Shown: piece by piece, positions 1 through 8,722 of the stretch
Layout of the letters: every line of letters starts with the position of its first letter
Position numbering within the stretch: the stretch's first letter is position 1
Assembly: GCA_965250285.1 (NCBI GenBank)
Contig: OZ252299.1
Coordinates: 3,488,001-3,552,000 of the forward strand
Direction: 5' to 3'
DNA: 64,000 nucleotides
Origin: Myxococcota bacterium
GTDB lineage: Bacteria; Myxococcota_A; UBA9160; UBA4427
Made by a program: the position numbers and the translations under genes
Notes under the pieces: model-generated
Told to the model about the DNA's origin: nothing
What the model saw: the letters and a program-made list of their open reading frames with translations, nothing else
The model's database searches: none

Positions 1-917
1 GCGTCTACTTCTCGAACTCGGGAGCCGAGGCAAACGAGGCCGCGCTCAAGCTCGCCCGGCGCTACTACCACGACAGGGGTGAATCGCGCTTCGAGATCAT
101 CGCCTTCGACGGGGGCTTTCACGGCCGCACGCTCTTCACCGTGTCTGCGACCGGCACAGCCGCGTACCACGAAGGCTTCGGCCCCCTCGTCCCCGGCATC
201 CACCATGTCCCCTACGGCGACCTCGACGCGGTGAAGTCGAAGCTGAACGAGCACACCGCCGCGATCCTGATCGAGCCGATCCAGGGCGAAGGCGGCGTGC
301 GCCCGGCGCCCAAGCAGTTTCTCGAAGATCTGCGCCGGGCAGCCGACGAGAACGGCTGCCTGCTGATCTTCGATGAGGTGCAGTCGGGCATGGGGCGAAC
401 GGGCCGACTCTTTGCCTACGAGCACACCGGCGTCGAACCCGACGTGATGACGCTGGCGAAGGCACTCGGCAACGGCATCCCCATCGGCGCGATGTGTACC
501 CGCAGCGAGCTGGCCTCGAGTCTCGTGCCGGGCACGCACGCATCGACCTTCGGCGGCAACCCGCTGGCCGCCGCGTGCGCGAACGCCGTATTCGAAGTAC
601 TGCTCGACGACGGCGTGCTCGCGCACGGCGCGGAGATGGGGCACCGGCTCGCGGAGCGACTCGAACAGATCGCCGAGAAGGCGGGGCCGAGCGTCGTGCG
701 CGAGACGCGAGGCCTCGGCCTGCTGCGCGGCATCGAGCTGGCACCGGAGGTGAACGCGAACGACGTGCGCTCGGCCTGCACCGATCGGGGCGTGCTCGTG
801 ATCACCGCCGGGGGCAACACGCTGCGCATGGCGCCGCCGCTCGTCGTCACCGAAGCCGAGCTCGATGAGGGGCTCGCCGTGATCGAAGACGTGCTCTGCC
901 GCGCCGTTCCCAGCTAG
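1..917 (+). CDS. argD: Acetylornithine aminotransferase (class III PLP aminotransferase), 5'-truncated by the window edge
   Basis: Frame open from base 3 (VYFSNSGAEANEAALKLAR); class III motifs EPIQGEGG, DEVQSGMGRTG, AKALGNG (PLP Lys), HASTFGGNP. Confidence 0.85.
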   Translation, partial: VYFSNSGAEANEAALKLARRYYHDRGESRFEIIAFDGGFHGRTLFTVSATGTAAYHEGFGPLVPGIHHVPYGDLDAVKSKLNEHTAAILIEPIQGEGGVRPAPKQFLEDLRRAADENGCLLIFDEVQSGMGRTGRLFAYEHTGVEPDVMTLAKALGNGIPIGAMCTRSELASSLVPGTHASTFGGNPLAAACANAVFEVLLDDGVLAHGAEMGHRLAERLEQIAEKAGPSVVRETRGLGLLRGIELAPEVNANDVRSACTDRGVLVITAGGNTLRMAPPLVVTEAELDEGLAVIEDVLCRAVPS

Positions 918-977
918 TCGACGCGGCGCCTTCGTGCGCGGACAGCCCCGGGCGGTCGCGGCCGCCCTCCACTTCGG

Positions 978-1361
978 TCAGGAGCCGGCGGTGGCCAGCT
1001 CGGGGTCGAAGACCCAGCCCATGTCTTCCATGCACTCGCCGGCGAGGGCGAACTGATGGAGCGGGTGGGCGCGCACGTAGCCCTCGTCGGCGAGCAGCTT
1101 CTCGCGGCACGTGCGCACGTCGGCCAGCGCGTCGCGCTCACCGGGCTGGCCGTCGGGCCAGCGGACCATCGTGACGGCCTTCTCATCCCACTGAGAGACC
1201 TCAGCGTTGCGCTCCTCGACGGTCATCGAAGCGAGGTCGGGGCCCGCCTGCGACGGCAGACCCGCGCCGCCACGCGGGCGCATCGGCTCTTCATCGACGC
1301 CGCATGCGGCGGCTGCGAGGGCCGCGATCACGAGAGCTGCTCTCAACGCCTTGCCATTCAT
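978..1361 (-). CDS. Hypothetical lipoprotein
   Basis: ATG at 1361 preceded by GGAGG; signal peptide with lipobox-like LAAAAC; Cys pair in the C-terminal part. Confidence 0.65.
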   Translation of the reverse strand: MNGKALRAALVIAALAAAACGVDEEPMRPRGGAGLPSQAGPDLASMTVEERNAEVSQWDEKAVTMVRWPDGQPGERDALADVRTCREKLLADEGYVRAHPLHQFALAGECMEDMGWVFDPELATAGS

Positions 1362-1601
1362 CGTGCTTCCTCCGTTGCGCGTGTTCGGGCCGGGTGCGCA
1401 GGACCGACGCGCGTCTCGTGCAATCGGTCGATGCAGCGCTGCGCTCGAGCCCATTGCGGCGTTGGAACCCGGTCGTTCGACGCCGTCTTACGCCAGCGCG
1501 CGGGAGTGTGGACGAGCAGGCTCGCGTTCGGAAGTCGGACGAAACCCGTGTCCCCGCGGGATCCGGGCCGGCCCGGGTCGCGCGCTGATAGACTCGCTGC
1601 C

Positions 1602-2660
1602 ATGGAGCGCGCCCCGAAGGTCTATCTCGCCCGAGCGCTCCTGCTCTTGGTGAGCCTCAGCCTCGTCTTCGCCGTCGGCGAGATCTGGGTGCGGCTCGCG
1701 TTGCCCGATACGGACCCGATCCGATCGGCAACACCCGACGAGGTGCGCGGGCTGCCGCTGCTGAAGACCATGCACGAGCTGCGGCAGCCGAACGTGCGCG
1801 GGCGGCACGTCAACCAGGTGCACCGCACGAACTCCTTCGGTCTGCGTGGGCCCGAGTGGGCGCGCGAAGCCGCGCCCGGGACGACACGAATCGGCGTCGG
1901 TGGCGATTCGGTGACGATGGGATGGGGCGTCGAGGAGTCGGATCGCTACAGCGACCAGCTCGAGCGCGCCCTCGACGGGTCGGCGGGCGAGGCGTCGACC
2001 GAGGTGGTGAACACCGGGCTCGCGGGCTTGAACGCGATCCAGGGGGTGCGCCGGCTGCTTCGCTTCGATGACGTCTACGGCTTCGACCTGCTCGTGTACG
2101 GGTTCACACCGAACGACGTCGAGGGCCCCGACTACGTGCACCTCGGTCCGGAGGGCGGTCACGCCGGCCGCTTCAAGCGGTTGACCCGTGCACGCACGTC
2201 GCCCTCACGGCTGTGGCGGCGCGTGTGGCCCGGGCTGATCACCTTCTACGAGCAGATCGCGCCGTGGGAGCAGACGCTCGAAGAAGAGCTCGCGTACAAC
2301 ATCCTCGAGAACGAACGCGCGTGAGCGCAGATCGACCAGGCCCTCGCGCTGCTCGCCGACGCAGCGGCCGCGAACGGCCGATGCGGCCTCGTCCTGATCC
2401 ACACCCCGCTCACGAACCTCTCGCCGATGCGTCCGCTCGACCGGGCGCTCGAGAAGGTCGAGCGCTCCGCCACCGATAAGGGGCTGGTCGCGGTCCCGAC
2501 GCTCGACGCGTTCACGGGCCTGTACGGACCGAACCTGTGGGTGAGCGGGTTCGATCCGCATCCCAATGCCGCGGCGCACGCGCTGCTCGCCGAACGACTC
2601 GAAGCGGCGGTGCGCGACCTTCCGCCGACGTGCTTCGAGCGGTCGCGCGTCGCCGGCTAG
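1602..2660 (+). pseudogene. Membrane-anchored SGNH/GDSL hydrolase interrupted by one in-frame TGA at 2322-2324
   Basis: N-terminal TM helix, NSFGLRG, block I GDSVTMG, NTGLAG and PND lie before the stop; the same frame continues to TAG 2660 and carries the block V motif DPHPN. Confidence 0.75.
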
Positions 2661-3430
2661 CGCCCCTTCCAGACGGGCTTGCGCTTCTCGGCGAAGGCGC
2701 GTGGCCCTTCCTTGAAGTCGTCGCTGCGCAACATCGCGCCGATGCCGTCGTAGCGCGCAGCCATGGCGTCTTCGATCGAGCCGTGCGCCAGGCCTTCCAT
2801 CGCGACCTGTTTGGTCGCGCGCACCGAGAGCGGCGCACACTCGATGATCTGATCCGCCCACCGATGGGCCGCAGGCAGCAGGTCTTCGGGCGCGACGACC
2901 TCGTTGACGAAGCCGAGCCGCTCGCCCTCTTCGGCCGACACACGACGACCGGTGAGCAGCATGCCCATCGCCTGCTTGAGACCGATCTGGCGCGGCAGTC
3001 GGTGCATGCCGCCCGCGAGTGCCGCGAGCCCGACTCGGGGCTCGGGCAGCGCAAAGGTCGCCTTGCTCGACGCGATGATGAGATCACAGGCGAGCGCGAT
3101 CTCGAACCCGCCGCCCATCGCCACGCCGTTCACGGCGGCGATCAGCGGCTTCACGTTGTCGTAGCGATCGGTCAGTCCGGCGAAGCCCTTCTTCGGCACG
3201 GCCACTTCGCCGCCGCCCGCCTGGAACTTCAGATCGTTGCCGGCCGAGAACGCGCGCTCGCCTGCGCCCGTCAGGATCGCGACCCAGAGGTCGGAATCTT
3301 CGACGAACTCGTCGAAGACGGCCTCGAGCTCGAGGTTCGCCGGAGGATGGAGCGAGTTCATCACCTCGGGGCGCTCGATCGTCACGGTCAGAACGTGTCC
3401 GTCGCGGGACGTACTGCAGAACTCGGGCAT
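2657..3430 (-). CDS. Enoyl-CoA hydratase/isomerase (crotonase, CaiD-like)
   Basis: AFSAGNDLK, AAVNGVAMGGGFEIALACD, ALPEPRVG, EGPRAFAEKRKPVWKG; GGAGG RBS. Confidence 0.9.
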   Translation of the reverse strand: MPEFCSTSRDGHVLTVTIERPEVMNSLHPPANLELEAVFDEFVEDSDLWVAILTGAGERAFSAGNDLKFQAGGGEVAVPKKGFAGLTDRYDNVKPLIAAVNGVAMGGGFEIALACDLIIASSKATFALPEPRVGLAALAGGMHRLPRQIGLKQAMGMLLTGRRVSAEEGERLGFVNEVVAPEDLLPAAHRWADQIIECAPLSVRATKQVAMEGLAHGSIEDAMAARYDGIGAMLRSDDFKEGPRAFAEKRKPVWKGR

Positions 3431-3526
3431 CGGGGCCTCCTACAAGTCGACGGTCGAAGGTACCACCGGTGGGCGCGGCGGCGCGGCTTCGCAGCCGGGT
3501 CGGCTCCGGGCGGGCGCGAGCTCGAA

Positions 3527-3550
3527 TCGGAGTCGGAGTCGGAGTCGGAC
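3527..3550. repeat. Hexamer microsatellite, (TCGGAG)x3 plus TCGGAC, intergenic
   Basis: Read directly from the sequence. Confidence 0.8.
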
Positions 3551-3588
3551 CGGCGAACCACGTGGCTCGGCTCGAGACCCGTCAGCAG

Positions 3589-4656
3589 CTAGCCCCGGCG
3601 CTTGCGAACGGCCTCGGCGAGCTCGTCGAAGAGCGGGACGGTCTGCTCCCAGCTCATGCACTTGTCGGTGATCGACTGGCCTCGGGTCAGGTGCTCGGTC
3701 GAGGCGCTCTGCTGCGAATGACTCTGATTGCCCTCGACGAGAAAGCTCTCGAGCATCAAGCCGAAGACGTGCTCACCGCCATCGCCCACCCGTCCTGCGA
3801 GATCGCGGGCGACATCGGGCTGGACACGGTGATCCTTGCCGCTGTTCGCGTGGCTGCAGTCGACCATGACGCGCGGCGTGAGTCCGGCCGATTCGAGGCG
3901 CTCGGCCGCGGCGTCGACCGACGCCTTGTCGTAGTTCGGACCGCTCTTGCCGCCTCGCAGGATCAGGTGGCACGCATCGTTGCCCTTGGTCGCGACGATC
4001 GCGGCGACCCCCTGCTTCGTCACCGAGAGGAAGTGGTGCGGGTTGGCGGCCGACCCGATCGCGTCGACCGCGATCTGCACCGAGCCACCGGTGCCGTTCT
4101 TGAAGCCAACGGGCATCGAGAGCCCCGAAGCGAGCTCGCGGTGGACCTGGCTCTCGGATGTGCGCGCGCCGATGGCGCCCCACGACACCAGGTCGGCGTA
4201 GAACTGCGGGGTGATCGGATCGAGGAACTCGCTGGCGGCCGCCAGCCCGAGATCGAGCACGCCGAGCAGGAAGCGTCGCGCTTCATGCAGACCCTCGTTG
4301 ATCGAGAAGCTGCCATCGAGATGGGGGTCGTTGATCAGCCCCTTCCAGCCGACGGTGGTGCGGGGCTTCTCGAAGTACACCCGCATCACGATGCAGAGGT
4401 CTTCTCTGTACTGCTCGCGTGCCTGGGCGAGGCGCGCCGCGTACTCGAGCCCCGCCTCGGGGTCGTGGATCGAGCAGGGACCGCAGACCACGACGAGGCG
4501 GTCGTCCTCGCCCTTCAGGATCGCGCCGATCGAGTCGCGCGCATCGGCGACCGTCGTCGACGCGGCCTCGGTGAGCGGCAGCTCCTCCATCAGGATCGCG
4601 GGGGAGATGAGAGGGCGGAGCCCCTCGATTCGGAGATCGTCGGTCTCGTGGAACAT
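3589..4656 (-). CDS. aroG: 3-deoxy-7-phosphoheptulonate (DAHP) synthase, class I-alpha (AroF/G/H type)
   Basis: DDLRI, GPCSIHD, RVYFEKPRTTVGWKG, IGARTSESQVHRE, DCSHANS, GQSITDKC; feedback isoform cannot be assigned. Confidence 0.9.
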   Translation of the reverse strand: MFHETDDLRIEGLRPLISPAILMEELPLTEAASTTVADARDSIGAILKGEDDRLVVVCGPCSIHDPEAGLEYAARLAQAREQYREDLCIVMRVYFEKPRTTVGWKGLINDPHLDGSFSINEGLHEARRFLLGVLDLGLAAASEFLDPITPQFYADLVSWGAIGARTSESQVHRELASGLSMPVGFKNGTGGSVQIAVDAIGSAANPHHFLSVTKQGVAAIVATKGNDACHLILRGGKSGPNYDKASVDAAAERLESAGLTPRVMVDCSHANSGKDHRVQPDVARDLAGRVGDGGEHVFGLMLESFLVEGNQSHSQQSASTEHLTRGQSITDKCMSWEQTVPLFDELAEAVRKRRG

Positions 4657-4751
4657 CTCGGGTCCTGGGCCTCGGACGGCCCCTCCAGGCGCGGTGCGAA
4701 ACCGGGTGTGTATCACCCTTGACGACCGGTTTCACGCCGGGGCGCGGGGCA

Positions 4752-4954
4752 GCCCTGATTCGCCCCCGAGATGGTTCAGACGCGGCCGCCCCGATTCGCC
4801 CCCGAGATGGTTCAGACGCGGCCGCCCCGATTCGCCCCCGAGACGGTTCACGCGCGGCCGCCCCGGTTCGCCCGCGAGACGGTTCGCGCGAGGCCGCCCC
4901 GGCTCGCCCCCGAGACGGTTCACGCGCGGCCGCCCCGGTGTCGCCCCCGAGATG
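4752..4954. repeat. 36-bp tandem direct repeat, 5 full copies plus 1 partial, no spacers
   Basis: Unit GCCCCGATTCGCCCCCGAGATGGTTCAGACGCGGCC starting at 4752, 4788, 4824, 4860, 4896, partial at 4932. Confidence 0.95.
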
Positions 4955-5011
4955 CGTCCGTCGAGCCCGGCCCGTGCGGACGAGGACCGCGCTCGGGCGC
5001 AGCGGCGGCGG

Positions 5012-5269
5012 TCAGTCGTACCCGCGCCAGTCCCGAGCCCCTGCGTACGCAGCCCAGACGCAGATGCCGTGCACGAGGAATCCCGGCAGCAGCACCGCCG
5101 AGTAGGCGAACCCCGTGGCCAGGAACCAGAGCGCGCCGGCGAAGAGACGCCCGTTGTAGACCTGCCCCAGCCCCGGGATCACGACCGAGAGCACGGCGGA
5201 GATGCCCGGGCTGGGCGCACGGCGGACGTAGACGTCGTCGGGCAGGGTGTCTTCGTAGCGACTGATCAT
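5012..5269 (-). CDS. Small membrane protein (TM2/DUF5683-like, SxxxPGLGQxY motif)
   Basis: ATG 5269 with GAGGAG RBS; PGISAVLSVVIPGLGQVYNG followed by hydrophobic helices. Confidence 0.75.
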   Translation of the reverse strand: MISRYEDTLPDDVYVRRAPSPGISAVLSVVIPGLGQVYNGRLFAGALWFLATGFAYSAVLLPGFLVHGICVWAAYAGARDWRGYD

Positions 5270-5344
5270 GCGGGTTCTCCTCTGCGGCCGGGTTCGAATC
5301 AGGGCCGCACCCGCGATCGCGAGCGCGCCCCTCGATGCACCCCG

Positions 5345-5414
5345 TGAGCCATGGGCCATGAGCGAAGAGCTATTGGCTATGAGCTATTGGCTATGAGCTA
5401 TGAGCTATGAGCAA
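5345..5414. repeat. Heptamer tandem repeat (consensus TGAGCTA), about 10 copies, in a divergent intergenic region
   Basis: tgagcca tgggcca tgagcga agagcta ttggcta tgagcta ttggcta tgagcta tgagcta tgagcaa. Confidence 0.9.
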
Positions 5415-5574
5415 GCTGCGTGCCCGCCCGATCGAACGCCGAACGGGCCCCAGAGCCGCGCCCTCGGGAAAGCCCAGCGATGTCCGCAGCTCTCAGGCGA
5501 CAGTGCAACCGAATCCCTGCATGCGCGCCGACGCATCCTGCGGGGATGCGCCGCGGATCGCCTACACTGAGGCC

Positions 5575-6420
5575 ATGCAATCCGACCCGACGCGGCGCTT
5601 CGCCGACCTGGCGGCTCTGCCCGATCCCGAGATCGACGTGGCGCTCGGCGCATTCCTGATCGCGGCCGAGCAGGCGCCCGGCCTCGACGTCAGCGCCCAG
5701 CTCGAGCGCCTCGACCTGATCGCCGATCGCCTGGCGCCGGAGGTCGCGTCGGCGCCCGACGACGCGGCGCGGATCGAGCTGTTGAATCGTGGCCTGTTCG
5801 ACGATCTCGGGTTCCATGGCAACCGAGACGACTACGAAGACCCGCGCAACAGCTTTCTCAACGAGGTGCTCGATCGCCGTACGGGCATCCCGATCACGCT
5901 CGCGCTCGTCTACGTCGAGGTCGCGCGTCGGCTCGGCATGAACGCGGCCGGGGTCGGGTTTCCGGGCCACTTCCTCGCCAAGATCAGCGACGTCGCCACG
6001 CCCGACGGCAACGACGAGGTCGTGATCGACGCCTTCTTCGGCCGGACCATCGGGCTTCACGAGTGCCAGGAACGGTTGCGCCAGGCGCTCGGCCCGGGCG
6101 CTCACCTCGGGCCCGACAGCCTGCGCGCAGCCACGTCACGCGAGATCCTGACCCGGATGCTCTCGAACCTGAAGGGCCACCACCTGCGCCGGGCAGAGCC
6201 GCTCGACGCACTGTCGTGCATCGATCGCATCTTGATGCTGTGGCCCGGCGCCGCGCTCGAGTACCGAGACCGCGGCCTGATCAACGACCAGCTCGGCTTC
6301 AGCGAGCCGGCCCGCGCCGACCTCGAGCGCTTCCTCGAGCTCGCGCCGATGCATGAGAGCGCGGCACAGGTGCGTTCGACGCTCGAGCGCATCGGGACGA
6401 CCCGACCGCTGATTCACTGA
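5575..6420 (+). CDS. SirB1-family protein (transglutaminase-like core plus TPR)
   Basis: GFHGNRDDYEDPRNSFLNEVLDRRTGIPITL, GVGFPGHF, RMLSNLK, TPR-like RDRGL. Confidence 0.85.
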   Translation: MQSDPTRRFADLAALPDPEIDVALGAFLIAAEQAPGLDVSAQLERLDLIADRLAPEVASAPDDAARIELLNRGLFDDLGFHGNRDDYEDPRNSFLNEVLDRRTGIPITLALVYVEVARRLGMNAAGVGFPGHFLAKISDVATPDGNDEVVIDAFFGRTIGLHECQERLRQALGPGAHLGPDSLRAATSREILTRMLSNLKGHHLRRAEPLDALSCIDRILMLWPGAALEYRDRGLINDQLGFSEPARADLERFLELAPMHESAAQVRSTLERIGTTRPLIH

Positions 6421-6432
6421 CGCGGGCGCGTC

Positions 6433-8301
6433 TCAGGGATTGGCGAGGAGCGCCGGCCAGACCCGGTCGACACCGGCGGGCGCGGCGACCGATCCATCGA
6501 TCTTCCCGGTCCAGACGTACGGCGCGAAGCCGCTCTCGATGTCGTCGAAGACCTGGACCTTGCCTTCGAGGCTGGGGGCCGTGCTGCCACCGACGGCGAC
6601 CTCGAGGCGCCCATCCCCATTGAGGTCGGCGAGCATCGGCGCGAGCACTTCGAGCTCGAGTCCGGGGATCGCCGCCGACTCGTTCACCACCAGGCGACCG
6701 AAGCCGGCTTGTGCGTCGTCGTAGACGTCGATGACCGTCCGACCGCTGCGGTGCGAGGCCACGACGATCTCGGCGCGTCCATCGGCATCGACATCGCCCC
6801 CGGCCACATCGGTCGCGCCGTCGTAGTCGAGCGTCGCGTAGAGCGGGACGACGTTGACCAGATCTTCGAACGTGCCGCTCGGGCGGATCGGCTGGTACAG
6901 CTCGAGCGCGTCGTCGAGCACCGTGATCGTGCCCTGCCCCTCTTCGGTTCGACCGATCAGGATCTCATCGCGTCCGTCGCCGTCGACGTCGGCCAGCGAC
7001 GGCTTCGTCGATCCGAACGAGTAGTAGAAGACGCCGAGGCGCGACGAGAGCGAGAGCGTCGAGATGCGAGGGCCCGACGTACCGGACATCGTCGCGTAGT
7101 TCGCCCCCTGGTCGTCGAGCATCATGATGCTCGCCCAGGCCGACGCACCCAGGCCCACCGCAATCTCGTTCAGGCCGTCGCCATCGACATCCCCACACGC
7201 AGGGATCGTCTCGCCATTCGAAGCCGCGTAGTCGGGATCGGTGCCCACGATCACTTCTCGGTCGACGACCGCGAGATCTTCGAGTGTCAGCAGGAGCAGG
7301 CGCGACCCCGACCCGCGCCCGAAGCCGACCACCAGGTCGCGGTCGCCGTCGTCGTCTAGGTCACACCACGTCGGACGGGCGCCGTAGTTGCGAATCAGGT
7401 CGTCGCGCACCAGCAGCTCGCTGCGCCCGTTGAGCCGCAGCAGACGCAGGCTGTCGCTGACTGCGTAGAGACCGACCACCTGGGACTCGGGCGTGGCCTG
7501 GGCGACCGGGGGAAGCCCGGGGAGCGCCCCGGGACCCGAATCCGGCTCGGGATCGGGCAGGACCTGCGCGTTCGCCACCTCGAACGTGCCCGTCATCGGC
7601 GGACTGGCGACGCCGGTCGCGCCGTTCTCGGACCACGCGACGACCTCGTACGAGTGCATCCCGTCGGAGAGGAGCGCCGTGTTGAAGGGTTGGATCGTGG
7701 CGGGGCCGCCGCCGTCGCCGGCGAGCGACCACGGCGCGGCGTTCTCGATGCGATACAGCGCGCCGTCGATCGCGAACGTGACGCTCTCGACGGCGCCCTC
7801 GACCCGCGCGGTGACCTTGATCGCGCCATCGGCGACCGTTCCGAAACCGCGCACCGACGTGACGCGGGGGCGCGGCACGGCCTCGAGCGTGATCTGGTTC
7901 GAGGGGACCGACACGAGCCCACTGCCCCAGGCCTGGAGCGACGCGATCCACGTGACGCTGTCTTCGATCTCGACGACCGCGCTCATCCGCCCGCCGACCT
8001 CGGCCGGGAGACCCAGCGCGTGCTGAACGGTCTCGGCTCCATCCGCGCTTCGCAGCGTCAGGATGTAGCCCTCGACGCCCTGCGAAGGCGACGGGAGCCA
8101 CTTGAAGGTGTGATTGGCCGCATCGGCCCAGGCCGCAGACGCACACGCGAAGACGGCGGCGAGGGCGGCAGCCGCGAGCGACGCGAGCGAAGAGAACGGG
8201 CGGGCGCGGGTCAGTGCCGGGCGTGAAGAGTGTGCGAGCGCAGACACACGAGGCGCGACGCTCCACCACGAGGTCGAATTCGGGTTGTGGGGAGCGTGCA
8301 T
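6433..8301 (-). CDS. Secreted FN3-like + Ig-like + FG-GAP/VCBS repeat protein (paralog 1)
   Basis: Signal peptide ending ASAAWA; WLPSPSQGVEGY domain; Ig-like FNTALLSDGMH; five DxDxDG motifs; start uncertain. Confidence 0.75.
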   Translation of the reverse strand: MHAPHNPNSTSWWSVAPRVSALAHSSRPALTRARPFSSLASLAAAALAAVFACASAAWADAANHTFKWLPSPSQGVEGYILTLRSADGAETVQHALGLPAEVGGRMSAVVEIEDSVTWIASLQAWGSGLVSVPSNQITLEAVPRPRVTSVRGFGTVADGAIKVTARVEGAVESVTFAIDGALYRIENAAPWSLAGDGGGPATIQPFNTALLSDGMHSYEVVAWSENGATGVASPPMTGTFEVANAQVLPDPEPDSGPGALPGLPPVAQATPESQVVGLYAVSDSLRLLRLNGRSELLVRDDLIRNYGARPTWCDLDDDGDRDLVVGFGRGSGSRLLLLTLEDLAVVDREVIVGTDPDYAASNGETIPACGDVDGDGLNEIAVGLGASAWASIMMLDDQGANYATMSGTSGPRISTLSLSSRLGVFYYSFGSTKPSLADVDGDGRDEILIGRTEEGQGTITVLDDALELYQPIRPSGTFEDLVNVVPLYATLDYDGATDVAGGDVDADGRAEIVVASHRSGRTVIDVYDDAQAGFGRLVVNESAAIPGLELEVLAPMLADLNGDGRLEVAVGGSTAPSLEGKVQVFDDIESGFAPYVWTGKIDGSVAAPAGVDRVWPALLANP

Positions 8302-8435
8302 GACGGGCGGGCGCGGACCTTCTGCAAAGAGGACGGGTCTTCGAGGTGGCCCATCGTTAGCAGCGTCCGCGCCGGGGTTCGGGAACTGACGTCACAATTC
8401 TCGACCTATTTCGGATGAATCGATGCGAACGCATG

Positions 8436-8719
8436 TTCGACCTCATGCGTTCGCGTCGGCCGGTCTCCCGGTGCGACCGGACGCGACCGGTTGGCCCGGC
8501 CGCACCCTTCATCTTCGACCTCATGCGTTCGCGTCGGCCGGTCTCCCGGTGCGACCGGACGCGACCGGTTGGCCCGGCCGCACCCTTCATCTTCGACCTC
8601 ATGCGTTCGCGTCGGCCGGTCTCCCGGTGCGACCGGACGCGACCGGTTGGCCCGGCCGCACCCTTCATCTTCGACCTCATGCGTTCGCGTCGGCCGGTCT
8701 CCCGGTGCGACCGGACGCG
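8436..8719. repeat. Perfect 78-bp tandem repeat (3 full copies plus a 50-bp partial) with an internal inverted repeat, REP/BIME-like
   Basis: Copies begin at 8436, 8514, 8592, 8670; each has CGCGT..CCGGTC / GACCGG-ACGCG arms. Confidence 0.95.
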
Positions 8720-8722
8720 TGT

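Noticed and set aside
2322..2370. Selenocysteine codon or alternative genetic code
   Set aside because: The position looks like a helical Trp rather than a catalytic Cys, no convincing SECIS is evident, and TGA terminates many genes in the window.
4752..4954. CRISPR array (36-bp unit)
   Set aside because: Units are contiguous with no unique spacers, and no cas genes are in the window.
8436..8719. CRISPR array, or the repetitive ORFs 8357-8680, 8415-9116 and 8423-10654
   Set aside because: The whole 78-bp unit is identical, so there are no variable spacers. The ORFs arise from a stop-free unit or are antisense shadows of the FG-GAP gene.
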